From assembly GCA_963813025.1 (NCBI GenBank), contig CAWEXO010000013.1, positions 672,001 to 736,000 of the forward strand: 64,000 nt of DNA. Reading direction: 5' to 3'. The notes below the pieces were generated by a model. It had not been told where the DNA came from. It saw only the letters and a program-made list of their open reading frames with translations, and ran no database searches. This DNA is from an uncultured Verrucomicrobiae bacterium (GTDB lineage: Bacteria > Verrucomicrobiota > Verrucomicrobiia > Chthoniobacterales > JAFAMB01). This document shows, piece by piece, positions 41,142 to 51,567 of the stretch. Within the stretch, counting starts at the first letter, position 1. Each line of letters begins with the position of its first letter. The position numbers and the translations under genes were made by a program.

Positions 41142-41920
41142 TCAGGACGCTCGACATCCTCCCGTGTTATCGTCCACGGCGCGTGTTTTGTGACTTGACG
41201 CGCCGAAGAGCTCGTTTCTGATCATTGTTCGTACAACAGTCACTCCCAAGTATTGTGCCCAGGAGATATATCCCGCATGGTAATCCTTTAGCAAGACTTG
41301 CCAATTTTCCATCGCCACTCTGTGGCCTGCATGTTTTCGGGAACGACCCTCTACGACTACGGTTTGACATCGAGTCCGGCCATAAGCGAAGGCCCCGGCG
41401 TAGGTTGGATTTTTAAGCATTCGCAACAAATGCTGATAGTTGGGCAGTCGCCATACCATTGGCCGCCCTGCCTCGCCAGCCCTGGCCACCGGAATGGTAA
41501 TCTTTTCCGGGTGATACCATAGGAGCAGCTGGCGCAACGTCCCAAAGCGTTCGAAATCGCTGAAGACGCGCCGCACCGCTTCCTGTACTTCGCGATCAGG
41601 CGTCATTTCGATGCGGTTTGAATGGCTGCGAACAAAGCCAACCGGTACGATGGTCAATACCTCACCCCGGAGCACCTTCTGTCGATAGGCTTCTTGAGCC
41701 CGCTCTCGGAGTATGCCTAATTCAAATTCGCTCAGCGTGCCCTTCAATCCCAGCAGCAATCGATCGTTGAGCAGCCCTGGATCGTAGATGCCCTCCGCGC
41801 CCACAACAAGTGTCTGCGCAGCATGCACAAATCGATCAAATGGTGCCAGTCGCGGTTATTGTGAGCAAGCCGGGATGCTTCCATTGCCAATACGGCGCCC
41901 ACTCGACCGTTTCGGGCATT
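41142..41920 (-). pseudogene. Large serine recombinase fragment
   Basis: GRVGAVLAMEASRLAHNNRDWHHL / GIYDP..NDRLLLGLKGTLSEFEL, LKNPTYAGAFAYGRT; both ends missing, frameshifted. Confidence 0.8.
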
Positions 41921-42095
41921 GTGGAGCGTTTGTCTTGCTCAAAACCCACAAGCCAGTCCCGTCGAAGTAGAGCAGGCTCTACGTGAATACCGGCGGTAAT
42001 ATCCGATGTGGACGACGGTAGTAGAGTGCAGATAAAGCCGTTCAAGTCGATCGTGACGTTGCTTCTCTCGACGTAATGGCAATCCGCCGATTTTG

Positions 42096-42713
42096 CTATC
42101 TGCCATTTGCGATCGCGGAGCGCTCTCCCCACAACGCGGAGCGATCAATGAGATAAGTTCGAGTGATCACGACACGTTCCACCGGGTTGGAATTTGTGTC
42201 AGTGGGGAGCCGGCTGATTTCATCGAGCGCGGGGAGTCCCGAGATTACATGACCGAAAACGGTGTCCTTCCGGTCTTGTTCCGGCATCGCGCGCAAGCAG
42301 ATGTAAAACTGACTGCCGTTCGACCGCCGGTTCGGATTAACTGGATCGGCGAGCCGGCCCATCGCGATCGAGCCGCGGATGTGTGGGAGACGAATCTCTG
42401 CCGGCAGCGTGTATCCTGGGCCGCCGGTGCCAACTGCATCCCGGTCTTTGTGCTTGCTGAGCGGGTCACCGCCCTGAACCAGGTAGTTTGGGATCACCCG
42501 ATGGAGGGTTGTCTTGACGTAAAATTTATCGCGTACCAGTTTTTTAAAATTGTAGGCAGTGTAGGCCGCGGCAGTGGAATCGAGGGCCACGGCAAAGCTG
42601 CGGACATTTCTCTGTTTTCCCTTACCCCAGGCCAGGCCGAACACGGCGACTTCTTCGGCAGTGGAGATCCGGGCAAAGCCCGACAGAACGACGATAAGGA
42701 AGAACCACAGCAC
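42096..42713 (-). CDS. Cyclophilin-type peptidyl-prolyl isomerase with signal peptide
   Basis: HRVIPNYLVQGGDP, GGPGYTLPAE, SNGSQFYI, VFGHV; start codon uncertain. Confidence 0.85.
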   Translation of the reverse strand: MLWFFLIVVLSGFARISTAEEVAVFGLAWGKGKQRNVRSFAVALDSTAAAYTAYNFKKLVRDKFYVKTTLHRVIPNYLVQGGDPLSKHKDRDAVGTGGPGYTLPAEIRLPHIRGSIAMGRLADPVNPNRRSNGSQFYICLRAMPEQDRKDTVFGHVISGLPALDEISRLPTDTNSNPVERVVITRTYLIDRSALWGERSAIANGR

Positions 42714-43056
42714 GGCGTAGCCGCAACCACGTCGTCCTCGTGCTCGTCGTCGTCCTCGAACATATCGGGCTGCCACCAGGTTGAAGTGAGAGCAGTCCTG
42801 TAGCGCGGACGGCCTCCTCCGTATTTGCGAGGTGACGCACGAGGCGCGTCTTACAAGAGGACGAGGACAAAAAATCCTCGCCGCATGAAAATCCTCCCGA
42901 ACTTGCGTGAAGTTCAACATCAGTATTACAAAAGGGGGAAGAAGCTGGGTCGTTTGCGCGGCGGAAACTCGGCGCTCAAGTTTCCCGCCTCTGTGGTGCT
43001 CAGTCTATCGGCCGAGATGTCGACCTCGTGGTTGCTTTTGAAATTTTCTTTCATGA

Positions 43057-43926
43057 TCAAGAAAACGGAAGATCGCAGATTTCGACTTCGCCCGGTTCTA
43101 CTGGTTCCCCGGGAGGTCTCAACGAGCACCGGGTTCCGGGTTGCTCGTACCCACGGCGGACAAAGGCTAAACCGATCCTCTTGCCGAGTCTCTGGCTGCA
43201 GATCGTGCTCGTGACCTGGCCAATGCTTTTCTGCGCCATGTCGAGCAACGTGGACCCAATCGGGAGCGTTTCGCCTTTCGTTAACCGCACGCCGCGCAGA
43301 TGCCGATTGACGTGGCCGATGCTGCGTATCCGGCTGATGACTTCCTGGCCGAGGTAGCAGCCTTTGGTGTAGCTGATCGAGTCCTGATCCAGGCCGGCCT
43401 CTACGGGGATGACATTGTCATTCAGTTCCTTGCCCCATTTGGGGATACCTCTTTCGATTCTGAGTTCCTCGACTTCGGCATCGCTGAGGACTGGCTGGTT
43501 GAGCACCTGCGGCAGGTCCAATTGGAGCGATTTCGGGATAAACAAATCGACGCCGGTCCGCCGAAAACGGTTAGAGGAGGCAACGCGCACCGCAGTTGGC
43601 AGTCGTTCACTTTCGAGCGGCGCCAGCACATGGAAAAGGTTGTAGTCCGGTGTATCGAGCGTGACATCATCCGCGATCATGTAGCGCTCCAGACGCGGCA
43701 CGAGGGCTTCGGAGAGTACACGGTCCCAATCAAGAAGAATATCTTCGGACCAAGCCGTCACGAAGAGATCGCCGTTCAGCTTGCCTTTTGCGCTCAAGGC
43801 GCACGCATGAAGGGATTGCCCCTCGGGCAGATTGAGGATGTCATTGGTCACCTGCCCGTTGAGAAAGCGGACTCGGTCGGTCCCGGAGAGCCGGTAGATA
43901 TCTCTTTGAGCTAGACGGATTAACAC
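43057..43926 (-). CDS. ygfZ: YgfZ/GcvT-like folate-binding protein
   Basis: RFLNGQVTND and KGCYLGQE. Confidence 0.9.
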   Translation of the reverse strand: MLIRLAQRDIYRLSGTDRVRFLNGQVTNDILNLPEGQSLHACALSAKGKLNGDLFVTAWSEDILLDWDRVLSEALVPRLERYMIADDVTLDTPDYNLFHVLAPLESERLPTAVRVASSNRFRRTGVDLFIPKSLQLDLPQVLNQPVLSDAEVEELRIERGIPKWGKELNDNVIPVEAGLDQDSISYTKGCYLGQEVISRIRSIGHVNRHLRGVRLTKGETLPIGSTLLDMAQKSIGQVTSTICSQRLGKRIGLAFVRRGYEQPGTRCSLRPPGEPVEPGEVEICDLPFS

Positions 43927-43952
43927 GCTTTTCCGAAGACGGCCGTAAAGTT

Positions 43953-45221
43953 TCAGTGGAATTGAGCGGTCTCGGTCGAGTCTCGCAAAGCAGTCGTCGA
44001 GGATGAGCCACTCGAGATTACTCGGGAGACCTCATCAAAGTAGCCGGTCCCGACTTCCCGCTGATGCCGGGTTGCAGTGTAGCCCAGGGCCTCAGCGGCA
44101 AATTCCGCTTCCTGCAACTCCGCGTATGCCGACATCCCCTGCGCCTGGTATTCCTTGGCGAGCCGAAACATCGCATAATTTAGTGCGTGAAAACCCGCGA
44201 GCGTGATGAATTGAAACTTAAAACCCATCGCGCCAAGCTCGCGTTGAAACCTGGCGATCGTCGGCGGATCGAGTTTCTTTTTCCAGTTGAACGACGGCGA
44301 GCAATTATAGGCCAACGGTTTGCCCGGGAATCTGGCATGGAGCGACTCCGCGAACTGACGGGCCTCCTCGAGGCTTGGCTCAGCCGTTTCACACCAGAGA
44401 AGATCGGCATACGGGGCGTACGCCAGACTGCGGGCGACGGCTTGGTCCAGACCGGCTCTAATTCGGAAAAAGCCCTCGCCGGTTCTTTCTCCGGTCAAGA
44501 AAGGGCGGTCGCGCTCATCGACATCATTCGTCAGCAGGCCGACGGAGTTGGCATCGGTCCGAGCAATGATAACTAACGGGACGCCAGAAACATCTGCAGC
44601 CAGTCGAGCGGCCACGAGATGCCGAATCGCGTGTTCAGTCGGAATGAGCACCTTGCCGCCCATATGGCCACATTTCTTTTCGGAAGCAAGCTGGTCCTCA
44701 AGATGGAGACCGGCGGCACCGGCTTCGATAAGCGATTTTGCTAGTTCAAACACGTTCAAAGGTCCACCGAAACCGGCTTCGGCGTCCGCAACGATCGGGG
44801 CTAGCCAGTGAGTACCGCGCTTTCCTTCCTGATGATCGATCTGATCGGCTCGCAACAGCGCGCAGTTGATCCGCCGGACAACAGCCGGAACACTATTGGA
44901 AGGATAAAGGCTTTGATCGGGGTACATGTCACCGGCCAGGTTGGCGTCGGCGGCAACCTGCCAGCCACTCAGATAAATCGCCTGGAGGCCAGCCTTCACC
45001 TGCTGAACTGCCTGGTTGCCGGTTAGTGCGCCCAAAGCCGGGATATAGAGTTCATCCTGGAGCAATCGCCACAGGCGTTCCGCACCGAGGCGGGCAAGGC
45101 TGTACTCGATTCGAATTGAACCAGCGAGCCGTTCAACCTGTTCCGGGGTGTAGGGACGGGTAATCCCAACCCAACGGTTGGCATCGGCACTCAAAACCGT
45201 TTTCACTACGTTCTTTCGCAA
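43953..45221 (-). CDS. aceA: Isocitrate lyase
   Basis: [34 protein letters not shown]. Confidence 0.97.
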   Translation of the reverse strand: MRKNVVKTVLSADANRWVGITRPYTPEQVERLAGSIRIEYSLARLGAERLWRLLQDELYIPALGALTGNQAVQQVKAGLQAIYLSGWQVAADANLAGDMYPDQSLYPSNSVPAVVRRINCALLRADQIDHQEGKRGTHWLAPIVADAEAGFGGPLNVFELAKSLIEAGAAGLHLEDQLASEKKCGHMGGKVLIPTEHAIRHLVAARLAADVSGVPLVIIARTDANSVGLLTNDVDERDRPFLTGERTGEGFFRIRAGLDQAVARSLAYAPYADLLWCETAEPSLEEARQFAESLHARFPGKPLAYNCSPSFNWKKKLDPPTIARFQRELGAMGFKFQFITLAGFHALNYAMFRLAKEYQAQGMSAYAELQEAEFAAEALGYTATRHQREVGTGYFDEVSRVISSGSSSTTALRDSTETAQFH

Positions 45222-45239
45222 TTCGCGATCTGCCGTCCG

Positions 45240-46089
45240 TTATTGATTGTTTTTGATGATCTGAGCGACGACCGCGTAATCTTTGTCGTCCAACCCGAGC
45301 CTGTGCCCCTTGTCCAAGACCTGCTCCACTGCGCGCGTTGCCGGTAGCTCTACTCCGCACTGGGAGCCCAGGTCGAGCGCAAGACGGGAATCTTTCAGCA
45401 TATTGCGTAAAGAAAAGGTCGGCTCAAAATCGCGCTCGATCATGCTCTTAAGTTTCAGGTCGCTTACCCCAGAGCGGCAGGCGTTCATTTCAACCGCTTC
45501 GGCGAATTTATGAGGGTCAACACCCGTCCCAATGACAATGGTCAGGGCTTCGGCCAAAGCTTCCACGATGGCTGCCGAAATCAGATTCGTCGCGATCTTC
45601 ACCACGCTGGCATCGCCGAACTTGTTCAGATATAGGATCGTTTTGCTGCTGGCCTGCAGAACGGGCCGAACTCGATCGACGGCCGCCTTTTCACCAGCGA
45701 CATAATAAACCAACTGGCCGTTTGCTGCAGCGCCTTTGCTGCCGGTAAAGGGTGCATCAATTACTGCGGCGCCCGAGGAGCGGATTTCATCTTTTACCTT
45801 TTGGGCCGTGTTCGGTGATATTGTCGAATGCAGCGTGAGGAGATGCTGGCTGGTCAACGCTGGTCGGAGTTGTGTGACGGTTTCAAGCACGGCTGCATCA
45901 TTCGAGACAAAAATTTGGATCACCGTGCTCTTGCCGGCGAGTTCCGGCAGTGAGTCGACGAAGCCTTCTTCGTCCTTTTTTTGTGCGATTCCAGACATGA
46001 ACATCAAAATCTTTCCGGCGGAGGTTTTGGGCGACCCTCGAGCCGATAATGCCGAGTCCGATGACACCCACTGTTTCATTCGCGCTCAT
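45240..46089 (-). CDS. Beta-hydroxyacid dehydrogenase family NAD(P) oxidoreductase, frameshift at the T run ~45976-45982
   Basis: IGLGIIG..VWNRT, DAPFTGS, KIATN, FSLRNMLKD. Confidence 0.85.
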
Positions 46090-46424
46090 AAAAATGTTTA
46101 GCGCGGAAAGTGCGTAGGCGAAAGGGCGAAAGGGGTCGAGTTAGTATCGCCACTCTTCCGATCACCGCTTCTGTGTTAAAGCGGTGGGCGAGGCCACCGA
46201 AACGACCCTCCAACGCAAAAAGCCGGCAACACCGAAAAAGCTAAGCTGTCTCCGTCCCCTGACCTTCACCTGTCCCTCTGAGCGGCCCGGTCAGCGGAGG
46301 GAGCCAAGGGTATGGGTTCAGCGGAGGAGGTTATTTCCGAGAACTGGACGGGATCTTCTTCAGCAGTGTCTCCCAAAGCGGCTCTGTCCCCAAGTGGCTT
46401 CGGACCTGTCCCCGAGCGGCTTCA

Positions 46425-47390
46425 TCAAGGGCAATCGAGCGGCTTCAGGCCTGCCTCGATTTGGGCCCGGCGAGGCTCGAGGAATGGAGGGAGTGAAAGC
46501 CGAGTCCCGAGTGTGTCTTCGGTTTCGTCGGCCGCAAAACCGGGTCCGTCGGTCGCCAGCTCAAAAAGGATTCCGTTCGGTTCGCGAAAATAAAGGCTGC
46601 GAAAATAGAAACGATCCACTTCGCCGCTGTTCGGAATGCGAAACTCGCGCAACCGCTCAGCCCAGGCATGATACCGCTTCTCGTCCGGTACGCGAAAAGC
46701 GACGTGATGCACTCCGCCCGCCCCTGGCCGGCCCTGGCCCAGGTCCGGGCGAATCCGCACATGTAACTCTGCCGCTGGCCCTTCCCTTTCCATTTGGTAG
46801 ACATACACGGAGAAACTGGGGACTTCGGGGTCGGGATACTGGCGAACGAGCTGCATATTCATCAAATCGGTCAGAATCCGCGCAGTCGGCGCGAGCTCTG
46901 CGACGGTGATAGTCACGGGGCCGAGACCGATGATTTGATGCTCTGGCGGGATTGGGCTGCCTTCCCAGGTGTGGCGCGGATGTGCGGAAGGGTCAGCGAC
47001 CAGCGACAGAGCCTGGCCTTCGAAATCGGCAAACTCGATGCTGAGCCGGTCGTCTACCTGACTCGGATTCGACTGCCGGACACCCTTGCTCCGGAAGTGG
47101 GAACGCCACCAATCCAGGCTCTCGGAGTCAGGCACTCTCAGTCCGATGCGCGAGATCGTGCTGTTTCCCGGTCTGTTGGCTACCGCAGATTCCCAATCAA
47201 AAAAAGTGAGATCGCTCCCCGGCGAACCCACGGCGTCGGCATAAAACAGATGATACGCGCTGACATCGTCCTGGTTGACCGTCTTTTTTACAAGACGCAT
47301 TCCGAGAATGCCGGTGTAGAAAGCCAGGTTGTCCCGCGCCCGGGCAGTGATTGCGGTGACGTGATGGATACCGGTCAGAGCCAAATTCAT
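46425..47390 (-). CDS. Ring-cleaving dioxygenase (MhqA/MhqO-like VOC family)
   Basis: GIHHVTA, VKKTVNQDD, VHHVAFR, DRFYFRSLYFREPNG. Confidence 0.9.
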   Translation of the reverse strand: MNLALTGIHHVTAITARARDNLAFYTGILGMRLVKKTVNQDDVSAYHLFYADAVGSPGSDLTFFDWESAVANRPGNSTISRIGLRVPDSESLDWWRSHFRSKGVRQSNPSQVDDRLSIEFADFEGQALSLVADPSAHPRHTWEGSPIPPEHQIIGLGPVTITVAELAPTARILTDLMNMQLVRQYPDPEVPSFSVYVYQMEREGPAAELHVRIRPDLGQGRPGAGGVHHVAFRVPDEKRYHAWAERLREFRIPNSGEVDRFYFRSLYFREPNGILFELATDGPGFAADETEDTLGTRLSLPPFLEPRRAQIEAGLKPLDCP

Positions 47391-47640
47391 CGGAAAAGAT
47401 AATCGATCCGCAAGTTACATAAAGCAGCGGTTTGGCCCTTGTTTGTTTGCCGATCATGTCTTTACTTTTGGGAACAGAAGCTGTTTAGGAGGTTGTTCTT
47501 CATCAACGCAAGGAATGGGGCGTAGCCGCAACCCGATGTCGGTTTGCGCGTGGGGCCGTCCGGTCCGGTGAGCCGAATCAGGGCGGAGGGTCCCGGCGAT
47601 GTTAAACAACTGGCAGCCTGACCCCTAAGGCTCAAAAACT

Positions 47641-48309
47641 ATGGATAGAAAGAATCGGCCACCCTGTTCTTCGGCGGCCAGCGATGATCACCGATCAACG
47701 CGGAGGCGTTTTCTCGGCCAGCTCGCGGCACTCTCGGCGGGGCTGACGGTCGCTCGGCCACTCACCGCCCGGGCAACCGACCCAGGTACAAGTACAGCAG
47801 ACAGTGGCGGCGCCGCGCCGGTCAAACCGGCTTCGGGCACCATCAAGGTCGTACTGAAGGTTAATGGCGAAAGCTCTACGCTGCAGCTAGATCCCCGGGT
47901 GACCTTGTTGGACGCCTTGCGGGACCGGCTCGATCTTCCTGGGACCAAGAAAGGTTGCGATCACGGTGCTTGTGGAGCGTGTACGGTGTTGGTTGAAGGA
48001 CGGCGGGTGTTGTCCTGTTTGACCTTGGCGGCCGTTGCTAACGGCAAAGGCATTACCACGATCGAAGGCTTGGCTCACGGCGAAGCACTTCATCCAGTAC
48101 AAGCGGCATTTATCGCCTGTGACGGCTTTCAATGCGGCTATTGCACGCCTGGTCAGATTATGTCGGCGGTCGGATGCATCCAGGAAGGTCACACGCGTTC
48201 TGATGGCGAGATCCGCGAGTTCATGTCGGGGAATCTTTGCCGCTGCGGCGCCTATCCGAATATCGTTGAGGCGATCAAGGTTGCCGCGCCCAAAATGCAA
48301 GGAGCATAA
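47641..48309 (+). CDS. paoA: Aldehyde oxidoreductase 2Fe-2S subunit with Tat signal
   Basis: TRRRFL; GCDHGACGAC, QCGYC, CRC. Confidence 0.88.
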   Translation: MDRKNRPPCSSAASDDHRSTRRRFLGQLAALSAGLTVARPLTARATDPGTSTADSGGAAPVKPASGTIKVVLKVNGESSTLQLDPRVTLLDALRDRLDLPGTKKGCDHGACGACTVLVEGRRVLSCLTLAAVANGKGITTIEGLAHGEALHPVQAAFIACDGFQCGYCTPGQIMSAVGCIQEGHTRSDGEIREFMSGNLCRCGAYPNIVEAIKVAAPKMQGA

Positions 48310-48311
48310 AG

Positions 48312-49292
48312 ATGAGAAGCTTTGATTTTGCAGTAGCGACGCAACCAGCTGAAGCGGCTTCCGAGGCCGGCCAAGAGAGCGCGTTCATCGCCGGCGGAAC
48401 GACGTTGGTCGATCTAATGAAGCTCGAGGTGATGACACCCGGCAAGGTTATCGATTTGAACGCGCTTCCGCTTCGCGGCATTGAACTCGACGAGACAGGG
48501 CTGCGGATCGGTGCACTCGAGCGGATGAGCGACGTGGCGGCTCACCCGGCCGTGGCAACCAACTACCCAGTTATCTCAGACGCCCTGCTGAAGAGCGCTT
48601 CGGCGCAGATCCGCAATATGGCGAGCATAGGAGGAAACCTGCTGCAACGCACTCGCTGCAGCTATTTCCGCGATGTCCATAGCCCATGTAACAAGCGAGA
48701 TCCGGGAAGCGGATGCCCGGCAATTGAAGGAGACAATCGCATGCTGGCGATTCTCGGCACGAGTAAAGCCTGTGTGGCATCTCACCCCAGTGACCTGGCA
48801 GTGGCGTTAGTGGCTCTCGGTGCATCGTTGGAACTCCGGAGCGCCGAAGGGACAAGGACCCTGAAGCTGAACGATTTTTATTTGCTTCCTGGCGAAACGC
48901 CTCACCTCGAGAACAAATTGGAACCGGGCGAAATCATCGCGAAGATCATCGTTCCGCTTCTTCCCTGGGCGCGAAGATCTGCTTACTTAAAAATTCGGGA
49001 CCGCGACTCCTATCAATTTGCGTTAACCTCGGCGGCCGTGGCTTTGGACATCGCGGCCGACGGCACGATCAGAGACGCAAGAGTCGCGGTTGGCGGAGTA
49101 GGAACCAAGCCTTGGGCCTTGCCCGCAGTCGAACATGCTTTGGCTGGCCAACCGAACAGACAAGACACCTTCGAGACCGCGGCCAAGCTGGCGGCTGCTG
49201 GCGCCCGACCTTTGAGCATGAATAGCTTCAAAGTTGAACTGGTTCAGCGAACGCTTGTTCGCGCCCTGATGCAGGTAGGAGGATTGGTATGA
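48312..49292 (+). CDS. paoB: Aldehyde oxidoreductase FAD subunit
   Basis: AGGTTLVDLMK, RTRCSYFRD..CNKR..GC, HPSD. Confidence 0.88.
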   Translation: MRSFDFAVATQPAEAASEAGQESAFIAGGTTLVDLMKLEVMTPGKVIDLNALPLRGIELDETGLRIGALERMSDVAAHPAVATNYPVISDALLKSASAQIRNMASIGGNLLQRTRCSYFRDVHSPCNKRDPGSGCPAIEGDNRMLAILGTSKACVASHPSDLAVALVALGASLELRSAEGTRTLKLNDFYLLPGETPHLENKLEPGEIIAKIIVPLLPWARRSAYLKIRDRDSYQFALTSAAVALDIAADGTIRDARVAVGGVGTKPWALPAVEHALAGQPNRQDTFETAAKLAAAGARPLSMNSFKVELVQRTLVRALMQVGGLV

Positions 49293-51550
49293 ACAACGTC
49301 ATCGGCAAACCGCACGAACGGGTCGACGGCCGTCTAAAGGTGACCGGCGCAGCCCGATATTCCGGGGACAACACGTTCCCGAACCTGGCCTATGGCTATC
49401 TCCTGCAAAGCACCATCGCCAACGGCACAATTGAGTCGATGGAGACGGGCGCTGCGGAAAATTCTCCGGGTGTCGTCGCTGTCTTTACGCCTTTCCATCC
49501 TTTGAAGTTATACATGCCGTTGGACCGGACGGAAGGTGGTAACGCCGGAGATGGAGGGCCCGCGTTACAAGACAAAAGGATCGACTACTACGGACAAACG
49601 ATCGGTTTGGTAGTAGCCGATTCGTTCGAACAGGCGCGCGATGCCGCCGCTTTGGTGAAAGTCAGTTACGGGCAAAACGAACATGCGGCCTCTTTCGAGG
49701 CCGGCATGGCGAAGGCTTTTGCGCCGGACAAAGTTGACAGCGAAAAGGCGGTGACTGGCGTCCTCGCTCCGGGAGTTAACTCGATCGATGATGCCGTGAA
49801 CGCCAGTCCGGTAACCGTGTCGGCGCGGTACACTCTGCCGATGGAACATCACAATCCGATGGAGCCCCACGCGACGGTCGCGGTCTGGGAAGATAATCGC
49901 CTAACGATCTATGACGCGACACAATACATGATCGGTCAGCGGCGCAGTCTCGCGGCCGTACTCGGAATCGACGAGGCCGACGTCCGGGTGCTCTGCCCCT
50001 TCGTGGGAGGGGCATTCGGGTGCAAAGGCTCGATGTGGATGCATTCGCCTCTCACCGCGGCGGCCGCTCGCGCGATCGGGCGTCCGGTGAAGACCGTCCT
50101 GACCAGGGAACAGATGTACACTTCGGTCGGGCATCGACCCGCGTTGATTCAGGAAATTACTCTCGGCGCCTCTAACGACGGAACGCTGCAGGCCGTCAAG
50201 CACGACGCGACGACCACGACTTCAGAGTCGAAAGTATTCGTCGAAGCCGCGGCTCATCGAACTTCGCGATTTCTCTATAAGAGTCCGAACATCCAGGTGA
50301 GCCATAAACTGGTCCCGATGAACGTGCCTCCGGGTACTTTCATGCGTGCACCAGGGGATGCTCCTGGCATGTTTGCTTTGGAGTCGGCCATGGACGAGCT
50401 CGCGGTGAGGCTCGGAATGGATCCAATCGAACTGCGGCTCAAGAATTACGCGGAGGTGTATCCGGGACCGAATATCCCCTGGTCTGCTAAGAATTTGCGG
50501 GAATGCTATCTGCAAGGCGCAGAAAAGTTTGGCTGGTCTAAGCGCGCATCCCGTCCAAGGGCCAATCGCGATGGAGACTGGCTCATCGGGCATGGAATGG
50601 CAACTTCCCTTTACCCCGCGCGTCGATCCCGGAGCTTGGCGAAGGTGCGGCTGCAAGCGGATGGCATGGCGGTTGTTTCCTGTTCGACCCAAGATCTCGG
50701 CACCGGCACGTACACGGTTCTGGCCATCATCGGAGCGGAATTCCTTGCTCTGCCAATCGAGCAGGTGAAAGCCCAGCTTGGCGATTCGGCTCTTCCCGCG
50801 GCGCCGGCCTCCGGTGGGTCCCAGTCGGTTGCCAGTGTAACGCCCGCGATTAAAGCGGCCGCGGAATCGGCGAAACTAAAATTAATTCAGCTGGCGATCA
50901 AAGATAAGAGGTCACCTTTCAGCGGTCTGAAACCTGATCAGCTCGCATATGACCGTGGATCGTTAAGCGCAAACGGCCGGTCGATTAAATTCGGCGACCT
51001 CTTGACGAAGCTTGAGCGCGGCGCGGTCGAAGCGACGGAAATGGCTGCCCCTGGCGACGAGGAGAGCAAATACGCTTTTCATTCGTTTGGTTCACAGTTC
51101 TGTGAATTGAGAGTGAACTACTGGACCGGTGAGGTCTGTATCTCCCGGATGACGAGCGTGATGGATATTGGGACCGTTGTGAATGCCACGGCAGCCAGAA
51201 GTCAGATTATGGGCGGCATGGTCTTTGGAATTGGAATGGCTCTTCTGGAGGCAAGTCATCTGGAGGCTGCGACCGGGCGATTCACCAATGCCAACCTCGC
51301 GGAATATCTCGTAGCAACCAATGCAGATGTGCCGGCGATCGATATCCATTTTCTTGATCGGCCCGATTTTGTGTTTAATCCCATCGGGGCGCGCGGAATT
51401 GGAGAGATTGGAATTACCGGCACTCCGGCGGCGATTGCTAATGCGGTTTTTAACGCGACTGGTATCCGGGTGCGCGATTTTCCGATTCGGCCGGAGCGAC
51501 TGCTGCAGCCAATGAGCGAAGGTACGCACATCAGTATGCGCGAGATCTGA
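49289..51550 (+). CDS. paoC: Aldehyde oxidoreductase molybdopterin subunit (xanthine dehydrogenase family)
   Basis: HNPMEPH, VGGAFGCK, MRAPG, GIGEIG. Confidence 0.88.
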   Translation: MNNVIGKPHERVDGRLKVTGAARYSGDNTFPNLAYGYLLQSTIANGTIESMETGAAENSPGVVAVFTPFHPLKLYMPLDRTEGGNAGDGGPALQDKRIDYYGQTIGLVVADSFEQARDAAALVKVSYGQNEHAASFEAGMAKAFAPDKVDSEKAVTGVLAPGVNSIDDAVNASPVTVSARYTLPMEHHNPMEPHATVAVWEDNRLTIYDATQYMIGQRRSLAAVLGIDEADVRVLCPFVGGAFGCKGSMWMHSPLTAAAARAIGRPVKTVLTREQMYTSVGHRPALIQEITLGASNDGTLQAVKHDATTTTSESKVFVEAAAHRTSRFLYKSPNIQVSHKLVPMNVPPGTFMRAPGDAPGMFALESAMDELAVRLGMDPIELRLKNYAEVYPGPNIPWSAKNLRECYLQGAEKFGWSKRASRPRANRDGDWLIGHGMATSLYPARRSRSLAKVRLQADGMAVVSCSTQDLGTGTYTVLAIIGAEFLALPIEQVKAQLGDSALPAAPASGGSQSVASVTPAIKAAAESAKLKLIQLAIKDKRSPFSGLKPDQLAYDRGSLSANGRSIKFGDLLTKLERGAVEATEMAAPGDEESKYAFHSFGSQFCELRVNYWTGEVCISRMTSVMDIGTVVNATAARSQIMGGMVFGIGMALLEASHLEAATGRFTNANLAEYLVATNADVPAIDIHFLDRPDFVFNPIGARGIGEIGITGTPAAIANAVFNATGIRVRDFPIRPERLLQPMSEGTHISMREI

Positions 51551-51567
51551 AGGGCTGGGGGTGAACC

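Noticed and set aside
42926..43054. 42-aa ORF right after ygfZ
   Set aside because: The position is plausible, but there is no homology or motif support.
46184..46909. 241-aa plus-strand ORF and similar long antisense ORFs
   Set aside because: Arg/Pro-rich shadow frames of well-supported genes in GC-rich DNA.
47400..47640. Moco riboswitch upstream of paoA
   Set aside because: The consensus could not be recognised by eye; it needs an Infernal/Rfam scan.
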